64,000 bases of DNA, from positions 47,470,788-47,534,787 of the forward strand of contig CM120640.1 of the NCBI GenBank assembly GCA_051362555.1, given 5' to 3'. This DNA comes from Lingula anatina (lineage: Eukaryota; Animalia; Brachiopoda). How positions within the stretch are numbered: the first letter of the stretch is position 1; the number at the start of each line of letters is the position of its first letter. The notes under the pieces were generated by a model. It made no database searches. It had not been told where the DNA came from and saw only the letters and a program-made list of their open reading frames with translations. Made by a program: the position numbers and the translations under genes. Of the stretch, positions 15,501-28,298 are shown one piece after another.

Positions 15501-18500
15501 TTACCTGTTTATTTTGATAATTTAATATTGATTATCTGCTGAGAAATGATATTTACATTATGGGTTCAGAAATGAAATAATATTTTCTTAATTAATCATT
15601 GGAATTAGGCAAATATAATTATCTCTTATTGCAATTACTCCTCTTTACTTTATTGGAGTTATTTCACTTTACTGCAATTAGAGAGACACAATTTGTTAGA
15701 GGCACTTGATGAGTGTTACACCTTCATCTAGCAATTTAATTTTCCTGGAAATTTCAAGTAATTTCCTTATATCACCAATTATATCCTTTCCAAAACCATT
15801 AATAAAATAACAAACTGTCAAGGCTCTTAATTTCTAAAAAAAGTTTTTCTTTTTCAATATATAGGACTAACATGCTTAAAGTTTGCTTAATTTATTGGTT
15901 ATGTGGCTTAGGTTACCTGATATTATCATATTTCCAAGTCTGAGATGACATGTGATATAAATGAATCATAATATTTAAAAAGTTTGATGAATTTTTTTCT
16001 AATGAATCATGATAATTAAAAAGTTTGATGATTTAGATTATGAATTATTGGTACATATATCAAAGCACATCTTCATATTTATTTTTCAACCTACCTAGCT
16101 AATGGCATAGCCAGTCTGGTAGTGAGCCGCAGGGGGACATATGGACGTGTAGAGGTGGATTGGCAAACAGGGTATCCCCAGGGTCAGGCACCCCAGGGTT
16201 TTGCTTCAGGGACTATTTCCCCAGATGCTGCCACAGTGATCCTAGAACATGGAATTCCATTCAAAATTGTTAATGTGCAGGTAACCCTTGTTTTAAATAA
16301 TACATGCAGTTAAAACAAGTTCACCCTCAGGCGAGCTAATAGTGGAAGACTTGAAGCACTGACTTTGATGCTTTTTGTGTGGCATATAGATACTGACTTT
16401 TGATTTCATTTGTAGGTATTCCCAGTATTTGGCTTCCCAGAACTTTTTGCTGCTCACATAGCAGCCGCTCCCAGGACGCCTGACTCCGTTGCTGGTGGAG
16501 CCAGACTCAACAATGGCTTCACACTGGTAGAGATAGAGCCGTCTGGGGTCATGGAGTTCGCTCCTAACTCTAGAGATATTAGTGTGGATGAAAATGCTGG
16601 CGAGGTACGATCGTATATACACATTACAAACAGAATTGTCTTTTCAAGATAACTCAGGCCATCTTTCCTGTGTAAATTTTCTTAAATTGAATATGTTTGG
16701 TAAATTATGTAAAGTTGAATTGCAGGATCAGTAATGCATAGCAGTTGCTCAACTCAACTGTTAAAGATTAACTTAATATGTTTAATTGCATGTATTTTGC
16801 ATCATTAGTTTGCTTTTATAACCTTTGTATTTTTTGGCATTTATGATTACAATGATTAGTGCAAGCAATTAATTTGCTACGTAGATTAAAAAACGAACAT
16901 AATTATTTTTTTAGAAGAGAGTCATCAATTTGCCAAATAGGTTCTTGACTTTAGTTAAAGTATGGTATGATAGTTTAATGAGAATCTTGATGATAAATGG
17001 CACCACTGTCATACCTGTCACCAACACACAACTGTAATATTTCATGATCACCATTTTATTCAGTCATTTTTATTTGTTTGTAATACAGGTGAGACTCCAC
17101 CTAAGACGTGTGTATGGCTCTAATGGCAATGTGGTGATAAGATATGCTACCAATGGTGCAACTGCCACTGCTGGGGCTGACTTCACAGAACTTCGAGATG
17201 GGTCAACTAGAATGACCAGCATGCAGACAAATGCCACTGTCCTAGTAGAGGTGAGTATGGATATAAGAGAAGGTATAATTTTATGGGTGGTTTCATGATA
17301 ATGTCACCAAACATCAGAGAGTTATTTGTGCTATCATTTTTGATTTGAACAACATTTTTAGTTATATGTTTTTAATTCTTCTGGAAAAATTTCAGCATTT
17401 CAACACTTAAGAAAGACAATTCCTCTGAGTCAGTGAAAAGTAGAATAAAGATACTTAAAGTATTTTTTTCTGAATTATACATTCAGATCAAACCAGACAA
17501 TCTACCTGAGACAGAAGAACATTTTTTTGTCAATTTGACCATGGTGGAAAGCCTGCCCACCAATGCAAGACAAGGAATATCTCCACGCCTCAGCACCATG
17601 GCCTCTTCAGCCAAGATAACCATCAACAGGAACAGTGACCCATATGGTGTACTCAGTGTCACAGCAAGTCCTGCTGTTGCCCCAGAGTGCAATTCCTCTG
17701 TGACAACGCCTGTGTGTCTTCTGCCATCTGCAGTTCGGTTGACTGTTTTCCGCTCAGGTAAGGATGAGTCTTGTTTTCTATCAGAGACTAAAAGAAGTTT
17801 TACAAAAATATATCACTCTAGACTTTTTTATGCCAAAAATGGTGAAATGCTTCATAAACCAGGTCTGATCCATCATAGGGACATTAAGATCCTTCTTAAG
17901 CTCATTACTCTTAACTATATTATGATATATGTATTTTCTGAAAGATGGAAATTACCTAGGTAATCAGGGCAGCATGCACCTATAGCTGATAATGAGCTAA
18001 TTGATCAACCCTTTTGAGACCAGTTTACCAACTAATGTACAAAGACAACAATAAAGGTCGCTGCATGACCAAGTCAGAACCAATATCTATTGAGAATAGT
18101 TGTACTTCCAACTATAAACTTTATTACTTTTTTAGTCAAAGAAATAACCCATGCATGTTCTTGTTTTTCATATTTTAGGAGGTACATTCGGCACAGTGTC
18201 AGTAAAGGTTCGCACAGTTGGTGGTGGAGAAGCATGGGACAGATTGATAGTACAGCAGCCATCAGATAGGAATGACACCATAGGTCAAATACTAGCCAAT
18301 AGAAATCCAGACCCATTCAGCCATGCTGCACTAAATAGTGATTACCAGGTGCTGGACACAGAAGTGACCATGTTGGATGGTGAGGTCCAGAAAGTAGTTA
18401 CTCTGGACATATTAGATGATACTAGACCAGAGCCTGATGAGTCCTTGTTTGTTTATTTGACTGAGCCTACAGGGGGAGCTAGGATAGCTGAAGGACAATT

Positions 18501-21457
18501 GGATGGTACAAAAAGGGTAAGTTTGAGCAAAATATATGGCAAGGTCATTCCCAACTGCTATTTATTAATTCCATAAATATGTTGTAGGATGTAAAGTACA
18601 CTTTTAAAGCTTTTATTTAGTAGAATGATTGGATGGAAACCTTTAAAATCTGATTAAAAAATTGTTTTGTAATTCAAATTTACTTTAATACCTGTTTTTG
18701 TCCTTGATGAAAGTTTTTGCATGTCTGGTGATTTTTCCATCTTAGGGTTATGCCATGGTTATTATAAGGAAGAATGACAACTGGAATGGAGTCATTGGAT
18801 TCAGAGGAGATTCTCTTTATGTGACAGCTGATGAAGATGGAGATGCTGTGGCAAGACTCACTCTTATCAGAGTGAATGGTTCATTTGGAGAGGCAAGGGT
18901 AAGAAAAAGCAAAGCTAGTATTTCTAAGTAGGTATTATGAATTGTTAATCGTCATGATTTATCCTATTATTATTACCAAAATTTAAAAGCAAAAAATTGG
19001 TAGTTAATGCCTGTTTTGATTTTATTCACATATGTACTAATGGTACTCTGATTTTTTAAAATTATTTTTTCAGATAAAATGGAAAGTAGTTGGAGCAGAC
19101 GACCAGGTGGTAGATGTGGAGGGAGAGGCTGTGTGTGCTGTGGGGCAAACCACATGTCCTCTCAATGTACTCCTCAGAAAAGATGATGTAAGGAAATCAC
19201 ACTCTTGCCAGCCAAACAGAAGCATTTACTTATTGATAAACATCGTTTTTCTTCTTTCAGTCACCATAACAATTATTATCTTTCATATGCCTACAATAGA
19301 AATTTTGAGAATTTGAAATGAATAATTGTTATAAAGACATTTTTAACATCAGATAGCTATGTTTCTTTGACTATGTACGTATGTGCTTACAATGGCTGTA
19401 TTGGAATATCTGTCTCTCTTTTCACAGATCCCAGAGTATGCTTCAAGCTTCCTTGTCCAGTTACCAGCTCCAGAAGACTCTGCTGCTGGATACAGAGTCA
19501 ATGATGCCAGCAAAGTGGCCAATGTTACCATGTTACCCAGTGATTACCCTGATGGGCTGGTGCAGTTTGCCCAGACATCTTTGTAAGAGTTAACTTAAAT
19601 GTAGTTAACATGATAAATAATAAAATGATTAACAGAATATGTTTTATCTCAACATAAATTTTAATAGAATAGAATATGATGTTTCATCTCAACAAATTTT
19701 ATTTTGTTCAGTCACATTGGTTTCATTCTGTAATTTCAGTGTTCAGGTCCTTGTTCTTATCTCTATTAAACAAAATGTTGTGTCTAATATATGTATCAGT
19801 TGACATCCTCCACTATTAATAGCAAAAAATAGATAATTCAAAGTTACATTTTACACTTGTCTGAAAATTGAATCTCAGACTGGGTCATCGGAAATAATGA
19901 CCAAAATGAAATAAATTCCAAATCTATTTTTCATCTAGATTGAAGACAGTTGGTAAGAATGAAAGGAGTGTCCGGCTGGAGGTCCAGAGGATCAAGGGCA
20001 AAGGTCAGACTGTCCAAGTGGACTATGCCACCAAATCAGTGGACACACCTCAGTCCATAGCTGGTGTTAGGGTCTACTCTGCACTGGACAAGGCAGACTA
20101 CAGTGCTGTGTCAGGAAAACTCCTCTTTGACGCAAATGTGGTATGTAAAAGATTTGATTGAAATTTAAAAACAAAGTAGTTATTATATTGCTGCAGTAGT
20201 GTGTACATGTGGATTTTGCTGTAGATCACTGACCAAGCTGAATTATATTCAAATGATATTACATATATTTTCATATTTGTTATCACTGTTTAAACTCTCT
20301 GCTAAAGAATTTGACTTTTGATCAATGAATGTTTCAATAATGAGAATCACTTACGTGCCAGTGGCATAGAGTTTAATTATCAGGTAGCAGTGAAAGTGTG
20401 TACAATGTTTATTCTTTTTATTTTATTCTCAGGAGAGCCAGTATCTTGTGATATCACTGAGTCCAGTGACAGCTTCAGACAACCCTTACCCCAAGATGTT
20501 CCAGGTGGTGCTAGGTAACCCCACCAGTGGAGCCAGGTATGACTTGACCTTAAGTAGGAGGATTATAAGATATAACAATGTGATGAAGTACATTTCTGTG
20601 AGTCTTAGAGGAATTATAACAGTAATGCAATATGGCAAAATACACATGTGCATGGTGAAATATCATTGCACTTTGCCATTTTTTTATAGAAATTAAACAA
20701 AAAAAATGGGGATAGCGATTGGTCTTCAACATTGTAAACTGACTTTTCAGTCTAATGAAATTCTAACTATATTGATTTGCTAATGTTCTTTTTTAGTTTA
20801 AATAAGGTGATGTCTGTGGCCAATGTGACCATAGTAGAGACTGATGAGCAGAAGTTCTGGGACATCAGGGCAGAGGCTCTCCTTCCAGAAATGACTGATA
20901 ACAACATCAACAAGTGAGTGTCAAACTAGGTGTTGGCTTTGATCACAATATTCCCAGTTATATTTAATTTTATAGTTTAATTAAAATATTCTTGCTTAGA
21001 AAAGGATAAGTTAAGAATATGGTTTTGTCTAGCAATAGTCATTTCCAAGAATGAATTAAGAAGCCTGCTTAATATTTTTGCCACATATATGTTCAGTAAC
21101 TGCTTTGACATCACTGTTACATGCATTTGATTCACCTACATTCTGTTGTTGTTGTTCAGCCTGATAAATGACTTGAAGACCACAGTGGGCAATGATAGGA
21201 GTCTCAGTAACAATGAACTGCATGTCACCGAGTATATACTGGACCTGATGATCCAAGAGGGAGAAACAAGACCGTAAGTTTTGGTTATTTAAGTATGGCT
21301 TAGAATTTGGAGCTGTTGATAAGTGTTAAGATGTTGCTGTCAATTAATGAAAATATAGTTTGCCTGGGTCATTGTCTCTCATAATATGACTACATTTAAT
21401 TTATTATTAATGGATCTTATTAGTATCATTTTCTTTTTATTTAAGTTCTCAAGTTTC

Positions 21458-21553
<96 letters not shown>

Positions 21554-24500
21554 AATCATATATGAAGAAGGGATTTCCAAAATGACCTATGAAGCAAAAG
21601 ATAATGAAACATGGTATTTTTAGTCAACTTTTATAGGAGTTGATGAAGCACAATCTTTTATTTTCTAGATTACCCCTGGCAACCAAGAAAGGGATATTAT
21701 CCATCTTTTGTGAGCTCCTAGATCCCACCCGCACAGACAGCACTAGGGGGCAGTATGAACTGATTAAGTTGTTTGAACGCTTCACTTTCATCTGCCTGAC
21801 CAATCAGAGCTGTCAGACCCCTGAAGCAACAGATGACAATAAAGAATTGTGAGTAATGTAGCCCTTTTTACCAAGTATGCAATATTTATTGTCTGATGTT
21901 TTGTATTCAGTAGATTTTGCCATGTTCTCAGAATGATTTCATAAGGTGTGTAAGCAATAGTCAAGTTGTGTACTGCGATATCTTTTGTACATCATGTTAT
22001 AATGATGAAATATTTACCCAGTGTAGAAGGGTGTTAATGCAATTACTAATGTAAAACATTGTTAATATATTTCCTTCTAGGCTCATGTTTGACAATGAGT
22101 GTACATATGTGAGGTTTGGTGTAGCCAGGTGGTATCCAGACTATATCAATGGATTTGAATATAAGGGACTGTGAGTATACACTGATTACAGTTCCACTAC
22201 TGAATTTTTACATTAATTTTATTCCCGGATAGAAAAAAGTTAACAATTTTTGTCAATTTATATCTGCAAATATAAAAAAATAATTATCAATAACAGTACT
22301 ATTTGGCTAAGACTTTGCTATAACATTTTGTCATTTGCTCTGTGTTACTTTTAAATATTTTAATAAATGAAGACAATCAAATTAGATTTCAAAACATTCT
22401 ATTTATTTTTTTGGTCAACTTTATTTCAGAAAACAAGACTACTTCAATGTTCCTATCCAGTTATTGGATACCACTGCTGAGGGTGGTGTAAACTCTGCTA
22501 ATCCAACGGTTAGTATGATATTTAGGGGTGTCTTTCAAAGCATATATTACATTAAAGGCACATACGAACCGAGCATCGGTGGAGCGTGGATTCCCAGTAA
22601 CACATGTAAACCACTTCTACTAGATTCTTATATGACTCAAATTAATTCGACATGCCAAGGGATAAACTGAATAGATCACTCGATTAGCCATAAAAGACCT
22701 TTAGACTGCTCCTTTCTTTAAATTTTTGGTTGTAAATTTAACCTACTTTCGTGACCTACTTTCCTGCCCCATTGACATACAGCTTAGAATGCCAGCAGAA
22801 AAATCTGTTCAAACATCATTTTCGGGTAAAATTAAACAATGCCTTTTGGTAATTCTCTTAGTTTTACTACTTGAAACTATATGCTGGCATTTGTTTGGTT
22901 ACTGTGACAAAAAATTGACTTTGTATGCATCTTAAAAAGAAGACAAATGAATCAAAGGCTGCTGCTTTATTATTAAATAGGTCTTATTCTTTTAGAAATT
23001 TTGTTTAAATGCAGATTATAAGAATATAAATTGTATTTAAAGTCACTTAATTCGAGATTAATCACATCCCATTTTTAATATCATTTGGTGCAAGATGCAT
23101 TATGATTCTTTCTTTAATGCTTCAAAACATCCTTGAAACCAATATTTCTTTAAGCATTTTCCTTTCAATGTTCCCCCCTTCTTATTCTATTTAGTGCCAA
23201 GATGTCCACTTCATAGAGTACTCCAGTGAGCAATGGTTCAATCCCAATGCCAACAACCTCCTCCTGGCCCAGAAGGTCCTCACTTTTTCCATCAGAGGAC
23301 GCACTTTTGGGACCATCAGCAGTCCTGTCAAGTTCAGAGTAAACACTGATAACAGGAGGATCACTGCACGCAGAGCACAGTAAGTGATCAACACAAACAG
23401 ATTATCTTAGTTATTATCATTTCTTTTCGTATTTTTATTTTGTAAATTGACTTGATATTTTAGACTTTCCATTTATGATTTCTTTGTATTTTCTTTTTAT
23501 CTGGTTAAAAATTCATTGATATTTATACTATATACTAGATAAAAAATACATTCTAGTGAAAAAATCATTTCTCTTCTGAAAAAGAATCAAACAATTCAGC
23601 AATGACCAGAGGATTTCAACTCTTCCAGGTGTGTCTACTTTGAGGAGTCCACTCAAGCTTGGACATCGGGCAGTGTTTGTCGAGCCACCAATGACCTGAA
23701 CCTGGACCTGGGCATAGATAGCTTTGTGGACTGTGAGTGCTCTCACCTGTCCAGCTATGCGGTCCAGGCACAGACATCAGACCCCAACCTGGTCTGGTAC
23801 CCCATCTGGTTCTTTATATCTTGCTTTATTGCTATGGTGAGTTAATTACCAGATCATTGATTTATACCTTACCCATATAATTGTGGCTTAGCAAACAAAC
23901 TATTCTTTTCTTAAGTTTAAATTGAACTGAGAAACTTGTTTTGCATTCTATATGATGGTTTAATGGATTTTTAAAGGAGACTTTTTTGGTTTGAATAAAG
24001 TGTCGATTCATTTTGTCCTACCAAGATATTAAAATATGCTTTCTTATTAATAGATTGCATGTGTCTTTCCATTCTCTACTAATTTAAATATTTTGTTCTT
24101 TTACTATCTTTTATAAAAGTATTTACTCAGCATCCTATGTCCTCCATTTCAGACGGGCCTAGCCCTTGCCATCTTGTCTCACCATATCTGCTCCATATAC
24201 TCCATGTTTGCTGCCAACCTCCTGATGCACATGTGCTTTGCCACCATGGCAACTGAGGTAAACTATCACATGCAGTTTGTTTACAACTATATTCTTCATT
24301 ATCATTTTCAATTTGAATTCTGTAGAACTTTTGAATAATAAAAGTTAAGCTTTTAATTACTTTCAAGGAGAAACTGGCTAAACAAAAAGTTAATTTTAGC
24401 CAACCAGGCTGGAAACTAAACTCTGGATTTTACTCAAGTTTAAACTCTCCCACTGCAATATGGTATAACATACATATCAACTTCCACCTCCAGATCTGCT

Positions 24501-27500
24501 ATGTGGTGGCAGCCTACATCAGTCCAGAGATCCTGGTACCTCCCACAGCAGATGACAACTCCAGGTGCATTATACTGGGGCTGTTCACACACTACTTCTT
24601 CCTGGCACAGTTCACATGGATGTTCACTCAGGCAATCAACTTTTGGAAGATCTTAGTGCTGAATGATGAACACACAGACAGAAAATATGTCCTTTACTTC
24701 CTTACAGGATGGGGTGAGAAGCAGTGACATTGATTTAAATGCTTGCAGAGTGCCATATATTTTTCTTCAGCTTTAGGATTGAAATAAAACATGATTTTTA
24801 TATAGATAGAAATATATAAACATTACAGAATTGATAACAATACTGAATGTTTTTTTAAAAACCTAGTACTGTAAATTTCTGTACATAACTGTAATGAAGC
24901 TGTGTACTTTCTATTGCATGAGTTGGTGGCATTTCCTTTGTGTTTCAGGCCTTCCTGCCATTATTGTGGCAGCCTTTTATGTCATCACTTACAACTTGTA
25001 CAAGTTTGTGTACAATGTGCCAGAAAACTACATCTATGGAGACGTGAATCTCTATGGAGAAATGTAAGTTTATGTGTAAAAAAAATGCTATTGTGTATAA
25101 AACATTATATTATTTGTCAGAATAATGCAGAACTGAAATTGAGATGTTGAATAAATTTATGTTTTAATGTTGTGGTAGATTTTATTGACAGTTAATTAAT
25201 TTAGGCCCTGTTTTTTCTCTTCATGTACACCTTGTTTGCTTTCCTGACCAAATGCTTTGTGTAGCAAACAGTTAAGTTAATTGAACATGTTAAGAAAATA
25301 ACCCAACCTATTTCCAACAACTAATAAGATCTACGGAGCTTTGTTAGTATCATATTAACTTTTTTGTATTTTCATTTAAGTTTTATTTAATGGAATTTTC
25401 ACCGTGGTGAAAATTATTTCTACCGCGGTGAAAATAATTTTCACTGTAGTGAAAAATAATTTACACCGCGGTGGGAATTAATTTTCACCGCGGTGGAAAA
25501 TAATTTTCACCGCGGTGGTAATTCCTGGCCATCTCGGCCCGGGTGATGCATACATGTAGGTTATACGAATCCAAAATTTACCAGATGTCAGGGAAGGAAG
25601 TTGATAAAGACAAGCACATGCACATGCACGCGGTTTAACCGGTCTATGTGCCAATCATCCCAGGAATGTGGAGGAAGCGGACAGTATTCGAATAGCTTAA
25701 AACCACCGAAATGTTGTACGTCGCTTTCCCCTTTATAATATCTTGCGTATTATTGGAGATATTGGTAGAAAGGAACCTCTCCGAAGAAACCGAGCTTACA
25801 TCTATTAAGAAAAGATCTATGGACACATCACACAAATATTTAAAAATACATTGTCCAAAAATAACGTTAAGTATTTAGTAATAACAATGGGATTCCCTTT
25901 GCATAAAATTGCGAGCGGGACTTTAATTATATAGATGGGAATATATAGATGGGAAACTTAAATAAACGGCAGTGGCCCCACGAACAGATCCACCAAACTT
26001 GTATGTATGTAACAATAGCATGCACCGTGACGGCATCTGGCAAATGTAAGGTTCTCATTACCTATTCCTCACCGGGGCCGAGATGGCCAGGAATTACCAC
26101 CGCGGTGAAAATTATTTTCCACCACGGTGTAAATTATTTTCCACCACGGTGTAAATTATTTTCCACCGCGGTGAAAATTATTTTCACCGCAGTGAAAATT
26201 CCATAAAATAAAACTTAAATGAAAATAGAAAAAAGTTAATATGATACTAACAAAGCTCCGTAAAGATCTGTATTTATTTTAAAAAAAATATTTGAATATT
26301 TTATTTATTCCTCATCAACTGTTCTATCTTGGCAGGTGCTTCATAGTGAACCCATATGCTGCCTTGGGAGGAGTGATAGGGCCTATCCTAGTGTGCCTGT
26401 TTGTTATTGGCATTGCCTTCATCCATGCCTTCCAAGTCACTCCACAATGGCAGGCATATGATGATGTGTACAGGGGGAGATATAACATAAATGGTATGGA
26501 AATAATATAATGATGTCTGAAAAAAATACATTTTTAATGTCACAAAAGAATTCCAATATGTAAGGTAAGCTAAGAATATAATGTAAATTTATTTATTTCT
26601 ATGTCTATTTATTTGTTTTGTCAAAATGTTTTATTGAATTTGATTCGGCAAAAAAAATGTAGTTACATAGATACAATTTCCTAATTTGCAGTGTTGTTTT
26701 TTTCAGAGGTGAGGACAATCCTGTTTTTCTGGGCCACCATCATTCTTACCTGGCTGTGGGGAGGACTACACATGGCCTATGGGGAACTGTGGATGCTCAT
26801 TTTTTTCTGCATCTTCAACACCATTCTGGTAATTAATCCTTGCAATACCGTGTGTGATACATTGAGAAGTTCTGTTAGTTAAATTCAAATTGATATTTTG
26901 TTTGTTCTGGTGATATATATTATTCAATTCATTCCAATGGTCCTCTATTATTGACTTATATATTTCACTGTTTTATTCCAGGGTCTGTTTGCCCTAGTTG
27001 TGTACTGTGCCCTGCGGAACCCCTGTCTGCCATGTTTCCGTCCCCAGAAAGCCAGCTATTCTTTGGACATCACTGGGGGTTCATCTGCAGATGGCATGCA
27101 GTACCACCCCAGACCCCCTTCTGTCACAGGAAGCCTCAAGGGATCCAGAGCATCACTTATTAATGAGGTAATTGAATGGCATTTGCCCTCTTTCAACTTG
27201 ACTTGATGCAATATATTGACAACCTGAATCATTTTTGCTTGCATGTTCTATGTATGGTAGATTGTAATGGTATTTAGTAGTTAAACTGGTAAAAGATTAT
27301 TTGACACATAGTACCAACATTACTTGGTCAAGAGAAATCTTCCTCAGTAAATTATTACAACTTGGTAGTTTTTCTTTATTAATTTATATTCATTCGTGGT
27401 CACATTAAACTAATGTCACTGTCATTGAATGTCTGTATCAGGGGATGCTGGTAAGGGAATTTGTTTTGTACACATACTTGAGCACTGACTGAGAGCATGA

Positions 27501-28298
27501 TGTGAAGTGTAGTCTAGTTGACACTTAGGAAAAATCATTTGTCAAATTTGAGACATTCCATTGGTTATTATTATCACTATAAAAATCACTTTCACCCTCT
27601 GATGGGTAGCATCATCATATTTGACCTACACAATTTTATTTCCAAATACCACTGCAACAAGTTCCTTGCAATGATGTGTTGACTTTATTTAGGTTAAAAT
27701 AAGGCTGAGACACAACCTGATTAGCACCATTGATTTAATTATACCCCTGCTGTGAATTTGTCTGATTTTAAGAATTTGATACCCTAGCTAACACTGTTTT
27801 GCTTGGTTCTGTGAAATACTAGTATGTAACATTTTTGCAGAAAAATCTAGTTCACAGATTTTAATTAGCAATGTACTGTCCTTTTTTTATGAAGGTGAGA
27901 TGTTGATTTTTTTCTTTTCTTAAAATATTAGTTTAAATTTTTTTTTAATTTTGCATCTTTTCAAAATGATATCTTTTTATTTCATATTGCAGAGCTGGGA
28001 GCGTGATTCCACTGGTGTTCCAAATGGCCAAATGCGTGTAAAACGCACACCAGCAAGCAATGGTAATATTTATGTAAGCGCTCCAGGAGGAAAGACAGGT
28101 CCATATGTGGGAGGAGATGACGATGTAGATTCTCAGGAATTTGATGATTTGATTTTTGCATTAAAAACAGGAGGATCTGGTATTGCTCCTAGTGAAACCA
28201 GCAGCCATGATCAAGACGGCGCATTCCCTGCTATTCAAGCAGGAGGAAGTCCAGGTTATGAAATGAGAAGGATTTCAATAGCAGATACTCATTTGTGA
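2807..28298 (+). CDS. ADGRV1: Adhesion GPCR V1 (VLGR1/GPR98) orthologue, 3' portion (5' end lies upstream of the window); 39 coding exons
   Basis: GT-AG exons read in compatible phase: 2807-2929, 4012-4179, 4490-4691, 5048-5232, 6700-6894, 7284-7519, 9216-9364, 9816-10058, 11300-11475, 11725-12000, 12290-12439, 12733-12953, 13232-13391, 14209-14371, 15307-15420, 16099-16280, 16416-16604, 17089-17250, 17487-17757, 18179-18516, 18746-18898, 19074-19187, 19428-19582, 19939-20140, 20433-20536, 20797-20913, 21160-21273, 21669-21848, 22081-22170, 22430-22508, 23195-23379, 23629-23836, 24153-24257, 24494-24713, 24949-25063, 26336-26493, 26707-26828, 26982-27167, 27993-28298. Repeated Calx-beta motifs (e.g. 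TATAGQDY..SGTLTFAEGQT..IRDDDVPEGPEQFYV, NDxPxGxFxF). GPS CVYF..W..C..CECSHLSSYAV, then 7 hydrophobic segments. Tail SQEFDDLIFALKTG...EMRRISIADTHL* closely matches vertebrate ADGRV1 as recalled. Confidence 0.96.
9513..9553. repeat. (GT)n microsatellite
   Basis: Perfect GT dinucleotide run in an ADGRV1 intron. Confidence 0.95.
13151..13200. repeat. (AAT)n microsatellite
   Basis: TAA trinucleotide run with one interruption. Confidence 0.95.
14661..15070. repeat. Tandem duplication, about 208-bp unit x2, intronic
   Basis: AAAAGAATCAGTGCTACTCTAATTAATTGGAAATAAGGGCATTTG...TATCAAAAGCATTGCAAAA occurs at about 14666 and 14873. Confidence 0.9.
21458..21552. repeat. (AC)n microsatellite, about 47 units
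   Basis: Perfect AC run. Confidence 0.95.
23629..23836 (+). other. ADGRV1: Exon encoding the GPS autoproteolysis motif of ADGRV1 and the start of TM1
   Basis: Translates CVYFEESTQAWTSGSVCRATNDLNLDLGIDSFVDCECSHL|SSYAVQAQ, with the canonical H-L-S cleavage triad. Confidence 0.9.
25332..26262. mobile_element. Non-autonomous DNA transposon with long TIRs and a 6-bp TSD, IS3EU-like
   Basis: TIRs about 25332-25546 and 26069-26262 (TACGGAGCTTTGTTAGTATC... / ...GATACTAACAAAGCTCCGTA), each with about 22-bp palindromic TTTTCACCGCGGTGAAAA repeats. Flanked by AAGATC at 25326-25331 and 26263-26268. TAC...GTA termini plus a 6-bp TSD fit IS3EU as recalled. Confidence 0.85.

Noticed and set aside
25395-25520. 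Palindromic 22-bp repeats resembling a CRISPR array
   Set aside because: No unique spacers, no cas genes, eukaryotic intron; they are sub-repeats of transposon TIRs.
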